Below, piece after piece: positions 1-8,961 of a stretch of 32,000 nucleotides of DNA (position 1 is its first letter; every line of letters starts with the position of its first letter). The stretch comes from Pirellula staleyi DSM 6068 (GTDB lineage: Bacteria; Planctomycetota; Planctomycetia; Pirellulales; Pirellulaceae). The notes below the pieces were generated by a model. That model had not been told where the DNA came from and did no database searches. It saw nothing but the letters and a program-made list of their open reading frames with translations. The stretch is from the NCBI GenBank assembly GCA_000025185.1, contig CP001848.1, positions 2,550,001 to 2,582,000 on the forward strand. Reading direction: 5' to 3'. Both the position numbers and the translations under genes were made by a program.

Positions 1-1683
1 GGCGGGCAAGTTGCGAAGGGCATCTTCCGCGAGGAGTTTGATGGCGGTGGTGTGATCGCCACTGGCAGCAGAACGTTCGACAACCGAAGCGGTGAGCTGT
101 TTGCGAACAGCGGCTGATAGTTCGCGATCGGGAGGTGTGGTTGCGAGCCCTGCGCGGCGGGCAAGGACTTCCCCCCAAGCGGTTCGCAACTCGACATCGA
201 TCGCTTCGTCGCGCAGCCGCGCAAGTTCCAGCAGCGTGATAGTGTCGGCTGATTCCGTGAGGGTGATAGCCAGTTGCTTTGCTGCTGCCGAGTTTCCTTG
301 CACCTTCCGCGAGACAGCAACCAAGATCGACATGCGGAGTCGCGCGAGCTCCATCGCACTCACGGTTGAAGCAGCACGCTTGGCAAGTGTTTGTTCGAGA
401 GTCACTACTTCGAGTGGACGATCAGAGGCTACCGACTCGAGATAGGCATAGAGTTTGGCCGTCACTTGCCCATCGACCTGGGCGGTACTTTCGCTAGTGA
501 TGCTGGAGGAGAGTCGCGAGCGAAGGGCGCTATCGATTGCGCGACGCTGTGCCGTTCCCGGTTCAAGCGTTGCCTGTGCGCTCGCAAGTCGGCGGGCACC
601 CCAGTACGCCATCTCGAAATCCTCGTTGGTCGGAGGAAGCGGAGTTCCGGGCGCTGGGAGTTCATTGATGAGCGCCTGGCACAAACTTTCTTGCGCTGCT
701 GGATCGGGCTCAAGCAGCAGGAGGGTTTCAATAGCCGGGGTCAGCTCCGCGAGCATCGCATCGCGTCTGGCGGAACGACGCAGTGCGGTGAGCAGCTGCG
801 GATAGGTTTGGGCGCGAGTCGCAGCGCTGGCGCTCGTGAGTGGCGCCAGAATGGCGGCGATCGAAGCGTCGCGATTGCCGGTGGTGGCGAGTGTGACCAG
901 CAGTTCTGCGGGAACCCAGGGCGCGACTCCGGCTTCCTCGCTGTTGTTTGTGTTTTCGCCTGAACGAGAGGGCTCTGTTGTCTCCGTCGCTATCGGCTGA
1001 GAGCGACTTCGCATCACCGCGACAAAGTAGATCCCTGCGACGGTGAGGATCACAAAGGCCGCGCTTCCGAGGAGGACCATTTGCGTTCGTCTGCGACCAC
1101 GCACGAACGCTGCGCGATTGGCATCGAGATGCTCGCGTATGAGGGTGTCGATCAGTTCTTCATCGAGTCCCCAGCTTTGTCCCGCTGATCGCAAACGATC
1201 CCAGGCATCGCGCGCGAGCCACGAGGCATCTTTAGCGGCATCGGCGATGCTCGCATTAAAGTTGTCGATCGCCTGGTTGGTCGAGACACGCCGTAGCGAA
1301 AGAGCTTGGGCCACTTCCGCCAACACTTCACGCGCTTCGTTCTCCTCGATCGCATACTTGCGCTGGGCTGCGGTGATGATTTGCGTTTCAATCGCGGGAC
1401 CGATCACGGTCCTCTCGTGCCCCGCGAGATCTTTGGTGAGTCGCTTGCGAAACTTTTCAAGATCGGGATTGGTCGGTTTGGTTCCCGACGAATGGAGCCG
1501 CGCAAGTTCCGCTTCCACCGTTTTGTCATCGAGCTCCAGTTCGTCGGCAAGTTCCGTCAACCGCATCATCGCTTGGGGAGACATTCCCCGATTCTCGCGC
1601 AGAATGAGCGCGGCACGCGAGCGAAACTGCTCTAGCGGATTCGAGCTACCGTCGCCGATTGGTGGTGGAGTTTCGCTGCTCAT
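1..1683 (-). CDS. hypothetical single-pass membrane protein (3' end runs off the window; absent from the supplied ORF track)
   Basis: ATG at 1683-1681 overlaps the TGA of the upstream gene (ATGA at 1680-1683). My manual minus-frame translation is stop-free down to base 1 (561 codons): MSSETPPPIGDGSSNPLEQFRSRAALILRENRGMSPQAMM... One hydrophobic helix, MVLLGSAAFVILTVAGIYFVAVM, follows RGRRRTQ. The plus-strand ORFs here (92..445, 391..963, 1043..1966) are Ser/Arg/Ala-rich shadow ORFs. Confidence 0.6.
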   Translation of the reverse strand, partial: MSSETPPPIGDGSSNPLEQFRSRAALILRENRGMSPQAMMRLTELADELELDDKTVEAELARLHSSGTKPTNPDLEKFRKRLTKDLAGHERTVIGPAIETQIITAAQRKYAIEENEAREVLAEVAQALSLRRVSTNQAIDNFNASIADAAKDASWLARDAWDRLRSAGQSWGLDEELIDTLIREHLDANRAAFVRGRRRTQMVLLGSAAFVILTVAGIYFVAVMRSRSQPIATETTEPSRSGENTNNSEEAGVAPWVPAELLVTLATTGNRDASIAAILAPLTSASAATRAQTYPQLLTALRRSARRDAMLAELTPAIETLLLLEPDPAAQESLCQALINELPAPGTPLPPTNEDFEMAYWGARRLASAQATLEPGTAQRRAIDSALRSRLSSSITSESTAQVDGQVTAKLYAYLESVASDRPLEVVTLEQTLAKRAASTVSAMELARLRMSILVAVSRKVQGNSAAAKQLAITLTESADTITLLELARLRDEAIDVELRTAWGEVLARRAGLATTPPDRELSAAVRKQLTASVVERSAASGDHTTAIKLLAEDALRNLPA

Positions 1684-4343
1684 GTCCCCGGCTTGCTTTC
1701 TGGGGCAGAAGAGGGAAACTTCGCGCCGAGCGTTTCAAACGACGCTTTCCAGCGGTCGGAACTCACTTGTGGATAGAGGACACGAAACTGGTCCCAGGTC
1801 TTTCTCGCTTGGGGAGCATCGGTGGCGAGTAGCGCTTCGAGCTGATGATATTTGGCTTCGAACCAATCGTCGGTTCCGCTCTTCGTTCCACTCAGAACTC
1901 GATTCCAGATTGGCAAGGCGAGCGCGAACTGCCGCGCGCGTGAATGCGATAGCGCTAGCCGCGTGAGGTACTTCTTTTCTTCGGGATAGGCGTCGACGAG
2001 GGCCGTGAGGAGTCGACTCGCCTCTTCGACATGGCCTGCCAGCTCGTAGTAGCGCGCCAGCTTGGAACTCGCGATGGCAGCATTCCGATTGCTCGCCACC
2101 ACCGAGGGACTGCTACCCAAAAGTTCCACGAGTCGCTTGTAGATCGCAGTTGCTTCAGCCAGTCGCTCCGTGCGGGTGGCGGCTGTGGCAGATTCAAGCT
2201 GCGCATCGGCGTCGCGCGCAAGAATGGTGAGCGCGGGGAGTTGATAGGCTGAACCAGCCGCCTCGCGATCGATCCACTGAGCGTGCCCAAAGGCCTCGCT
2301 TGTACGACCAGCGGCGGAAGCGACGAGCAGGCTGCGATAGTGAAACTCACTGACGAGTGGCGAGCTTGGTGGTAGTTCCGTCACCGCAGGAGCAGCAATG
2401 TCGCGCAGCTGTCGAGTCGCTTGCTCGATCTGCGGGGGCGACATTTTGGGATTCATTGCCGCGAAAACCTCTTGCCATTGCAGCGACACCTGCAGCCGCT
2501 TCGTCGCATCGCCGGTAGTCGCGAGCGCCAGGTAGTTCTCGGCTGCTGTTTGCTGGGCTGCAGCGAGTTTGTCACTACTCTCTCGTTTTGCGACAGCAGA
2601 CTGCCAGCGCCTGAAATGGACCTGCGTGATTTCGAACTGCGCGTCGCCATAGCCAGCGTCGCTCGGTGGAATGGCCGCGAGATCGCGGATCACTTGCTCG
2701 GCAGTAGAGGGCGATTCGAGCAACTTAGCGCGGAGCACTTTCGCTTTGGCGACTTGCTCTGCTGCAGGAAAATCTCGCTCGAGTCGCGCGAGACAACTTT
2801 GGGCTCGCGTGGCAAAACTGGCATCGGTCTCGACAAGCTGATGAAAGCTGACCGCTGCGAGCCAAAGTGCTTGAGCGGCGAGCGTGGGTACATCCGCCAG
2901 TGCGCTCGCAGATTGTTCGAGCCATGTACCAGCTGCCTCGTAGTTGGCGAGTCGAAATTCGCACCAGCCAGCATAGTAGCGACATTGGCCAGCGGCGTGC
3001 AAGTCGGTCGCCGCTTCGGGATGCTCGATCCCTTGCGTAAGTGTTGTGAGCGCGCGGGTGAAGTCTTCCGGGAGCTTCGATTTCTCAGCTGCGAGGAACT
3101 GTCGTCGACCATCGATCAGCAAAATATAGAGGGAGGAAGTGGTGGTGATCTTCGCGCCGGGATACTTGGCCATCAGCTGGTCGATGAGGTCGAACTGACG
3201 TAGTTTGGCAAGTCGCGCGATGCTGATCTCCGCGAGCTTGGTCTGATCGGCCGAACTGTTTTTTTTCAGACGCATGCCGCTACGCGCAGCAGCTCCCCAG
3301 AACGACACAATTCCTTGCGTCGGCCGCTCAAGCGGTTCGGCCGCGAGTGTTTCAGCAAAACGAACCGCCGCCGATGTTTGCCCGGCATTGAGCATGCCTT
3401 GCAGCTGCCAAAACTGACGCTGATCGCGCAGCTGCGTGGGGACCGATGCGTGGGCGAGCCAGCCGAACATGGTGCTTGCCCGGGCCTCTTCGCCGAGAGC
3501 TTGCTCGGTCATCGCCAGGCCAATCGCGGCGCGCGTGCGCCAGAGCGACTCGAGCATCAAGGTTTCGGGAGTGATCTCTTTGAGCGACTCACCCGGGGGA
3601 ATGTTGAGGATCTCTCCGAACGAAACGCGCGCTGCTTTCAGTTCGCTGTCGGCCTGTCCCAATTCAAGCTGGGTGATGGCCAGGTAATAGCGGCTCCAGC
3701 CTACAAAGTAGTGAGCTCGCTGCGACAACTGCTGATTGGTGGCGATTTGCCGCTCGATCTCGTCACGCGTGCTGCTGTTGACCATCTCGGTGTCGATCGC
3801 CGTGAGTCGACTGGTCTCGGCATCGAGTCTTGACAGCACGGCCGAAAAGCGACTGGCTGCCGATTGCAGCAACATCTTCGCCGCCTCTTCGGTGGCGACA
3901 TCCTCGGGCTGTTCGAGCCAGGTAAGCACCTTGGCTTCTGCCTGCTGATAGTCGGCCTCGAGCAACTGGAGTTCGAGCGAAACCGACGCCGCTTTGGGAA
4001 AGTCGCGGAGCAGCTGATTCACTTCCGCCATGAGTCGTGCGCGAGCTTCGTCGGCCAGGGGAGCCGCCAGAGCGCGGGCATAAACCGCAGCGATCTCGGC
4101 GGCGAGTTGCTCTTGCTCGGTGCGGACTGTGAGCTGCGCGAGCCGCTGCTGCAGCAAGCGAATGCGCACCTGATCGAGCTTCAGCCGATCGAGAAAACGA
4201 TCGACTTTTTGCTGTTCGAGAGGAGGTGGAGCAGCGCGCACGATCGGCCCCGAGAGAGCCAGCGCGCAGAGCATCGCCAGAAGCGCGGCAAAGTTATCGC
4301 GACGCTTCCATCGGGATGTACGAGACGGCTGCGAATTTCGCAT
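1680..4343 (-). CDS. large secreted all-alpha / TPR-like repeat protein, function unknown
   Basis: The track ORF 1680..4406 starts at a TTG. The first ATG, at 4343, gives a signal-peptide-like N-terminus, MRNSQPSRTSRWKRRDNFAALLAMLCALALSGPIVRAAPP. The rest is A/L/E/Q-rich and helical-repeat-like with no catalytic motif I recognise. With this start it overlaps the exbD stop by about 50 nt. Its stop overlaps the next gene's ATG. Confidence 0.6.
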   Translation of the reverse strand: MRNSQPSRTSRWKRRDNFAALLAMLCALALSGPIVRAAPPPLEQQKVDRFLDRLKLDQVRIRLLQQRLAQLTVRTEQEQLAAEIAAVYARALAAPLADEARARLMAEVNQLLRDFPKAASVSLELQLLEADYQQAEAKVLTWLEQPEDVATEEAAKMLLQSAASRFSAVLSRLDAETSRLTAIDTEMVNSSTRDEIERQIATNQQLSQRAHYFVGWSRYYLAITQLELGQADSELKAARVSFGEILNIPPGESLKEITPETLMLESLWRTRAAIGLAMTEQALGEEARASTMFGWLAHASVPTQLRDQRQFWQLQGMLNAGQTSAAVRFAETLAAEPLERPTQGIVSFWGAAARSGMRLKKNSSADQTKLAEISIARLAKLRQFDLIDQLMAKYPGAKITTTSSLYILLIDGRRQFLAAEKSKLPEDFTRALTTLTQGIEHPEAATDLHAAGQCRYYAGWCEFRLANYEAAGTWLEQSASALADVPTLAAQALWLAAVSFHQLVETDASFATRAQSCLARLERDFPAAEQVAKAKVLRAKLLESPSTAEQVIRDLAAIPPSDAGYGDAQFEITQVHFRRWQSAVAKRESSDKLAAAQQTAAENYLALATTGDATKRLQVSLQWQEVFAAMNPKMSPPQIEQATRQLRDIAAPAVTELPPSSPLVSEFHYRSLLVASAAGRTSEAFGHAQWIDREAAGSAYQLPALTILARDADAQLESATAATRTERLAEATAIYKRLVELLGSSPSVVASNRNAAIASSKLARYYELAGHVEEASRLLTALVDAYPEEKKYLTRLALSHSRARQFALALPIWNRVLSGTKSGTDDWFEAKYHQLEALLATDAPQARKTWDQFRVLYPQVSSDRWKASFETLGAKFPSSAPESKPGT

Positions 4344-4725
4344 CTTTACAAGCCTGGATCGCAGCAGCGGCCATGGAGAAGGGGGCTTCGTCGGGAACGC
4401 GAACAAACGCTCCGTCGAGCTTATTGTCGAGTTGCCGGAGTACCTGCGTCAACTCGGCGGCTGTCGCAAGTTGGCGTCCTCCGAGTTGATACTGAAAATC
4501 AGAGCCAACCGCTACTATTTCTACGATCGCGGGTTCCAAAGTGTTCTGCGACGATCCGGAGGAGGTCGACTGCACTTTAACGGCGGGATCGAGTTCACGC
4601 TCGCTCCGAACAAAGCTGGAAGTGGTCATGAAAAAGATCAGCAGCAGGAAGACGACGTCGATCATGCTGGTCATTTGCAGCTCGACTCCACCTGCGTGCC
4701 GTCCGCTGCGGCTCGTTAGTTTCAT
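4294..4725 (-). CDS. exbD: ExbD/TolR family biopolymer transport protein (second copy)
   Basis: N-terminus MKLTSRSGRHAGGVELQMTSMIDVVFLLLIFFMTTSSF is the canonical ExbD/TolR anchor (M-x-MIDV-x-FLLLIFFM). It has a periplasmic C-domain and a size of 143 aa. Its ATG overlaps the upstream exbD stop (ATGA at 4722-4725). Confidence 0.85.
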   Translation of the reverse strand: MKLTSRSGRHAGGVELQMTSMIDVVFLLLIFFMTTSSFVRSERELDPAVKVQSTSSGSSQNTLEPAIVEIVAVGSDFQYQLGGRQLATAAELTQVLRQLDNKLDGAFVRVPDEAPFSMAAAAIQACKDAKFAAVSYIPMEASR

Positions 4726-5141
4726 GGCTGGGAGTTCTCCACCGCGAGCCGCAGGCGGACAATCTGGAGCTTGTTGCAGGCCCGCACGATTTCGTTGACC
4801 ATACGCGAATTGCCTCGCCGATCGGCTCGCAACGTAACCGCGACCCGGCTCGGATCGCCACCAGCTTCGTTGATGGCTGTGGTTAGGTCCTGAATCACTG
4901 TCGCCAGCGAAACGGTGTTGCCGCTGACATTGATCTCGCCCGTTTCACTCACGTTGATCGTGATTGCGGCTTCCTGCTGATCCTGCGAGCCTCGGAGTTT
5001 GGGGAGGGGGATTGATTGCTTGTTGACGGCCGAAACTTGTGACACCGTCATGAAGAAAATCAACAGCAGGAACGTGACGTCGATCATCGGCGTCATGTTC
5101 ATCTGGAGAGGTTGCCCGCGATGTCGGCGGTTGAGTTTCAT
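4722..5141 (-). CDS. exbD: ExbD/TolR family biopolymer transport protein (first copy)
   Basis: The track start 5207 is a TTG. The ATG at 5141 gives MKLNRRHRGQPLQMNMTPMIDVTFLLLIFFMTVSQVS, which parallels the paralog downstream. Confidence 0.85.
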   Translation of the reverse strand: MKLNRRHRGQPLQMNMTPMIDVTFLLLIFFMTVSQVSAVNKQSIPLPKLRGSQDQQEAAITINVSETGEINVSGNTVSLATVIQDLTTAINEAGGDPSRVAVTLRADRRGNSRMVNEIVRACNKLQIVRLRLAVENSQP

Positions 5142-5328
5142 GGCGATAAGCTGGGACGAATTAACGAGTAGTACGTCAAGTAGAGTCCCCCTGGGACCAG
5201 CGGTCAATCCAAAGGAGAATTGAGAGAAGCTGTGCCGTGTAAAGCGGTCTTAACACTCTACCAAAAGGGGCTGGCGCACGCAGAAATTGCTGTGCCAACG
5301 CATCATGCGACGATCCGCATCAAAAGAG

Positions 5329-5358
5329 TTGACATCGCGTCTGGAAAGGGTCTAGGAT
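5329..5358 (+). promoter_or_regulatory. candidate sigma70-type promoter for the first DUF1559 gene
   Basis: TTGACA (5329-5334), an 18-nt spacer, then TAGGAT (5353-5358), about 100 nt upstream of the ATG at 5457. Planctomycete promoter rules are poorly known, so this is consensus matching only. Confidence 0.25.
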
Positions 5359-5456
5359 GCGCCTACTTTTCTTCAGTTCTTTTTTATTCACTCATTTTTC
5401 GTTGTTGAGCCGCCCTGTTCTCGGGGTGAAAAGCAAAACAATCGGGGACCCCTCAC

Positions 5457-6383
5457 ATGAAAACTGCTGCGCGCAAACGACCCGGCTTTACTCTGGTCGA
5501 GCTGTTGGTGGTGATTGCCATCATTGGCGTTCTGGTGGCGCTACTCTTGCCGGCTGTTCAAGCTGCTCGTGAAGCTGCACGTCGAACCCAGTGCACCAAT
5601 AACCAAAAGCAGTGGGCACTTGCCTTCCACAACTACGCCGACATCAACACCGAAGCCCTGCCGATTGCTATGGCCAAGTCGGCTCCTCACCTGCGTCACA
5701 CGTGGGTGATCGGTTTGTATCCTTTCATGGAACAAACGGCCGCTTATGGTATTTATCGCCAAGATTATGCGTTTCATATCGCGCCGAACATTGTTCAAAG
5801 TGCGACGACCGGCGTTCTCAACACGCACTTCGGCGCTATGACATGTCCGAGCGACCGAAAAGGTTTCTGGCGCGGCGATACCTATTGGCGAGTTCGCTCG
5901 AATTATGTGGTTAATTTCGGTGCCACCCGTTCGACAACTCCCGCGCTGCGGATCTCGCCGTTCCGTCTCAATGCCTACAGCCGCATGGCTGAAGCGACCG
6001 ACGGTTTGAGCAACACGCTGCTGATGTCGGAACTGATTATTGCCCAGCAAGACAATTTCTGGGATTGCCGTGGCGACGTGCATAACGACGACGACGGCAG
6101 CATCTTCATGACGAACAACACCCCTAACTCGGGGACCGATTTTTGCGTGATTTGCAACGCTTCGGCCGCCGGAAGCATCACTCCGCCGCCGTGCCAAACA
6201 GGGGCTCAGAACTATGGCAGTCCCGACAGCACGACGTCGACCATTGCCGCTCGCAGCAAGCATCCCAATGGTGTGGTGACTTGCCGTTTGGATGGATCTG
6301 TCGGTTTCACATCCAATACCATTGCCATCGCGGTGTGGCAGGCACTTGGCTCGGCTCAAGCTGGCGATGTAGTGAACAACTAG
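5457..6383 (+). CDS. DUF1559 protein with type IV pilin-like N-terminal cleavage/methylation signal and H-X9-DG motif
   Basis: [10 protein letters not shown]|[42 protein letters not shown] shows a class III signal with G-1, F+1 and E+5. The C-terminal [15 protein letters not shown] matches H-X9-DG. Confidence 0.9.
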   Translation: MKTAARKRPGFTLVELLVVIAIIGVLVALLLPAVQAAREAARRTQCTNNQKQWALAFHNYADINTEALPIAMAKSAPHLRHTWVIGLYPFMEQTAAYGIYRQDYAFHIAPNIVQSATTGVLNTHFGAMTCPSDRKGFWRGDTYWRVRSNYVVNFGATRSTTPALRISPFRLNAYSRMAEATDGLSNTLLMSELIIAQQDNFWDCRGDVHNDDDGSIFMTNNTPNSGTDFCVICNASAAGSITPPPCQTGAQNYGSPDSTTSTIAARSKHPNGVVTCRLDGSVGFTSNTIAIAVWQALGSAQAGDVVNN

Positions 6384-6410
6384 TCGCTGGGATGACTGAC
6401 TGATCCTTTG

Positions 6411-6451
6411 ATCGATTGTCGCACCTCGATCAGCAGCGGCAATCGATTTTG
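6411..6451 (+). terminator. terminator/attenuator-like hairpin between the DUF1559 gene and its lipoprotein partner
   Basis: 12-bp stem ATCGATTGTCGC (6411-6422) / GCGGCAATCGAT (6436-6447) with one G-U pair, a 13-nt loop, then TTTT. It lies 28 nt after the stop at 6383. Confidence 0.55.
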
Positions 6452-6552
6452 TACCATCGCCTGGCAAAACTCCAGAGATCGCCTACGAGCGACTCTCTGG
6501 AAGTGATTGCTTGTGGTCTACTCTCTGACCTATCTCTACTGGAATATGCAGC

Positions 6553-6960
6553 ATGATGAATCGACGTGTGTGGTGTTTTCTCGCAGTGCTACTGGTGAGC
6601 TTCACGGTTGGCTGTGGTGGCTCGAAAGCCACGGTATCGGGAACGGTCACGCTCGATGGAGCCCCGCTCGAGAAAGGGCAGATTCAGTTCATCCCCACCG
6701 CTCCTGAATCGCAACTGGTGGTGGCTGAGATCGTTGCGGGAAAGTATTCGGCAACCACAGTCCCAGGTGAGATGAAAGTGCAAGTGCTGGCAACGAAGGT
6801 AGTGGGACAGCGGCCCGCTTTTGCAGGCGACCCCAATAGCCAGATGATCGAGGATGTGGTGTCGATTGTGGCGCCGCAGTACAACATCAATACCACCTTG
6901 AAGGTCGATCTCAAGGGTGGCGCTAACTCCGACGTGAACTTCAGCGTCACCTCGAAGTAG
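6553..6960 (+). CDS. small lipoprotein, carboxypeptidase-regulatory-like beta-sandwich (putative)
   Basis: MMNRRVWCFLAVLLVSFTVGCGG carries a lipobox, followed by SGTVTLDGAPL. It is a paralog of 8962..9447, sharing G-x-VTL-x-G-x-P and the C-terminal P-x-x-Y...L-x-V-x-[LV]...N-[FI]-x-[VL]. Confidence 0.7.
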   Translation: MMNRRVWCFLAVLLVSFTVGCGGSKATVSGTVTLDGAPLEKGQIQFIPTAPESQLVVAEIVAGKYSATTVPGEMKVQVLATKVVGQRPAFAGDPNSQMIEDVVSIVAPQYNINTTLKVDLKGGANSDVNFSVTSK

Positions 6961-6996
6961 ACCGAATTTCAGTCGCTTGGCAATTCCGTGCATCCG

Positions 6997-7027
6997 AAGC
7001 CCGCGAGCAAAACTTCGCGGGCTTTTT
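6997..7027 (+). terminator. rho-independent terminator
   Basis: Perfect 10-bp stem AAGCCCGCGA (6997-7006) / TCGCGGGCTT (7015-7024), an 8-nt loop and a T-run through 7027. It sits 37 nt after the stop at 6960. Confidence 0.75.
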
Positions 7028-7611
7028 CGTTGACATTACCCCCCAAAAGGTCACGGTCGGTGCTAGGCAAACTACTCCCGTCAGGTCGGTTGCTGATCAC
7101 CCATTTCCGCTAAGTCGAGCATAGAGCATTTCTCAATATGAACTGCGTTTCTACCTATAAAGGGTAGTCTCTGCCGGCCTGTTTGCGACCAATTAGCGTG
7201 CACCAGATGCAGTATTAAGCTGGGAAAATTGACCACAAGGTGGTTTTAAGTTCCCTTGCAGCATTCTCTGTGGTGCGATGTTCGGAAAAGTATCGATTTT
7301 CCTGAGTTGACCGCCCGAATTTGCTTGACAAATACCGCGTTCACGCCGATGCTGACCAAACGTGCGTTTCCGCACTTTCGGCTGTTCTGGCCGATTCATC
7401 GCTTGGCTATGTTCGATTGGCGTGACTTGTTGATCCGGGGGGATTAGCAGGTCAGGTATTTCATTTTTGAGCCAATCGCCCTTTTGAGGGCAGGAAGGTT
7501 AGACGCCCGATTGCTGGACTGTTGTCGCTTTGCAATCGCTTCAAAGCGCTGACAGCCATCGGCCGGGGAGATGTTTTTTTTCATTCTTCTCATCGCTTGT
7601 GGGGTATCGCT

Positions 7612-8682
7612 ATGTCATCTTCTCTCCTCTCTGCGCGGAGCCGACGAGGCTTCACGCTCGTTGAACTTCTGGTCGTAATCGCGATCATCGGAGTTCTGGT
7701 TGCTCTTCTCTTGCCAGCGGTTCAAGCTGCTCGCGAAGCTGCCCGTCGGATGCAATGCACGAACAATCTGAAACAGCTCGGCATTGCCATTCACAATCAC
7801 CACGACACATTCAACAAGCTTCCAGCTCGTCGTGGCAAACTGCTTCCTTCGGCGAGTAACTCGCGTTACTCGGCCAACCTCCATCTGCTCCCCTTCATGG
7901 AACAGAAGACCACCTACGATTTGGCCTGCACCACTCCCAACGGCACCACTGCTGCAGGAAACGTGAACCAGTGGCAAGGGAGTCACGCTCCTTGGATGGT
8001 CAGCATCAAAGGCTTTTTGTGTCCCTCGGATGGTCCCGATTCCACTGGCGGCACGGTGCGGCAGAGCAACTATATGTACAACAGCGGTGACTCGACCAAC
8101 CAGGCGATTGGTCCAGGTACCGGCACCAACAACGGCACCAATGGGTCGAACTGCCGTGGTCCGTTCGGCGCGGGAACGGAATTCACCTTTGCTTCGGTGA
8201 ACGATGGTCTCAGCAACACGATTGCGATGAGCGAGCGGATTCGGGCCGGTAAAGACCGTGGTTTGCACCGTCTCGCGTTTCAGGCGGGACAGTGGTTTAC
8301 CACTCCCAACGGATGCAAAGCGACGTTCAACTACACGACCCGCACTTACAACACTTCGGAGAACCTCCAAGGTTGGATTTCGGGAACTCGCTGGGCCGAT
8401 GGTGGCGCAGTCTTTTCGGCGCTCACCACTGTGCTCCCTCCTAACAGCCCATCGTGCGCAACTGATAACCACGACGATCAGTCGGGTTGCTATTCGGCTG
8501 TTAGCTACCATCCCGGTGGTGTGAACGTGCTGATGATGGATGGCAGCAGCCGCTTCATTTCGGAAACGGTGAACGCGGGCAATCCAGCTGCCAGCTGCAT
8601 CAACGTCTCGGGCCCTAGCCCGTTCGGCGTTTGGGGGGCACTTGGAAGCCGCAATGGTGGCGACACCGCCACGCTTCCTTAA
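7612..8682 (+). CDS. DUF1559 protein with type IV pilin-like N-terminal signal and H-X9-DG motif (paralog)
   Basis: The ATG at 7612 gives [13 protein letters not shown]|[42 protein letters not shown]. The C-terminal [15 protein letters not shown] matches H-X9-DG. The track start 7522 adds a non-signal-like extension. Confidence 0.9.
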   Translation: MSSSLLSARSRRGFTLVELLVVIAIIGVLVALLLPAVQAAREAARRMQCTNNLKQLGIAIHNHHDTFNKLPARRGKLLPSASNSRYSANLHLLPFMEQKTTYDLACTTPNGTTAAGNVNQWQGSHAPWMVSIKGFLCPSDGPDSTGGTVRQSNYMYNSGDSTNQAIGPGTGTNNGTNGSNCRGPFGAGTEFTFASVNDGLSNTIAMSERIRAGKDRGLHRLAFQAGQWFTTPNGCKATFNYTTRTYNTSENLQGWISGTRWADGGAVFSALTTVLPPNSPSCATDNHDDQSGCYSAVSYHPGGVNVLMMDGSSRFISETVNAGNPAASCINVSGPSPFGVWGALGSRNGGDTATLP

Positions 8683-8718
8683 GAGCGCAGCACTTGGCGA
8701 CGATGGGTGTAAATAAGC

Positions 8719-8757
8719 AGCAATGCAGCGTTTTCTCGCTGCATTGCTTTCGTTTTC
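8719..8757 (+). terminator. terminator/attenuator-like hairpin after the second DUF1559 gene
   Basis: Perfect 12-bp stem AGCAATGCAGCG (8719-8730) / CGCTGCATTGCT (8737-8748), a 6-nt loop, then TTCGTTTTC. Confidence 0.6.
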
Positions 8758-8961
8758 GGTCGCGAGCCAATTCCCTCCGGGATGATCTGCTGCGACATCT
8801 TTTCGATTTCTTCCACTAGGGTCAGCGGCGCCGCGTGCATCTCTCGTACGCTCGCCTCTGGCCGTACGCTTCCTTATTGCGAGCCTGCTCGAGCCGCAGT
8901 GGCAATGCTACTTGCCCGCTCGATTTGCTGGCCGCATTTTCCTCCCCAAGGACTCACTGCA

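Noticed and set aside
5281-5297. Sigma54-like TGGCAC-N5-TTTC on the minus strand upstream of exbD.
   Set aside because: The -12 element lacks the conserved GC (TTTC instead of TTGC). A single weak match is insufficient.
5484-5600. Possible DNA repeat or recombination substrate between the two DUF1559 5' ends (5484-5600 versus 7651-7767).
   Set aside because: Similarity is mainly at protein level. The nucleotide sequences differ at many third positions, so this is paralogy rather than a recent repeat or mobile element.
7522-7611. N-terminal extensions implied by the track starts: 7522, 8782, 13687, 4406, 5207, 11830, 26690, 29862 and 30044.
   Set aside because: Most are TTG or GTG codons. 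Internal ATGs give proper signal peptides or family-typical N-termini, and the extensions lack coding character or overlap terminators.
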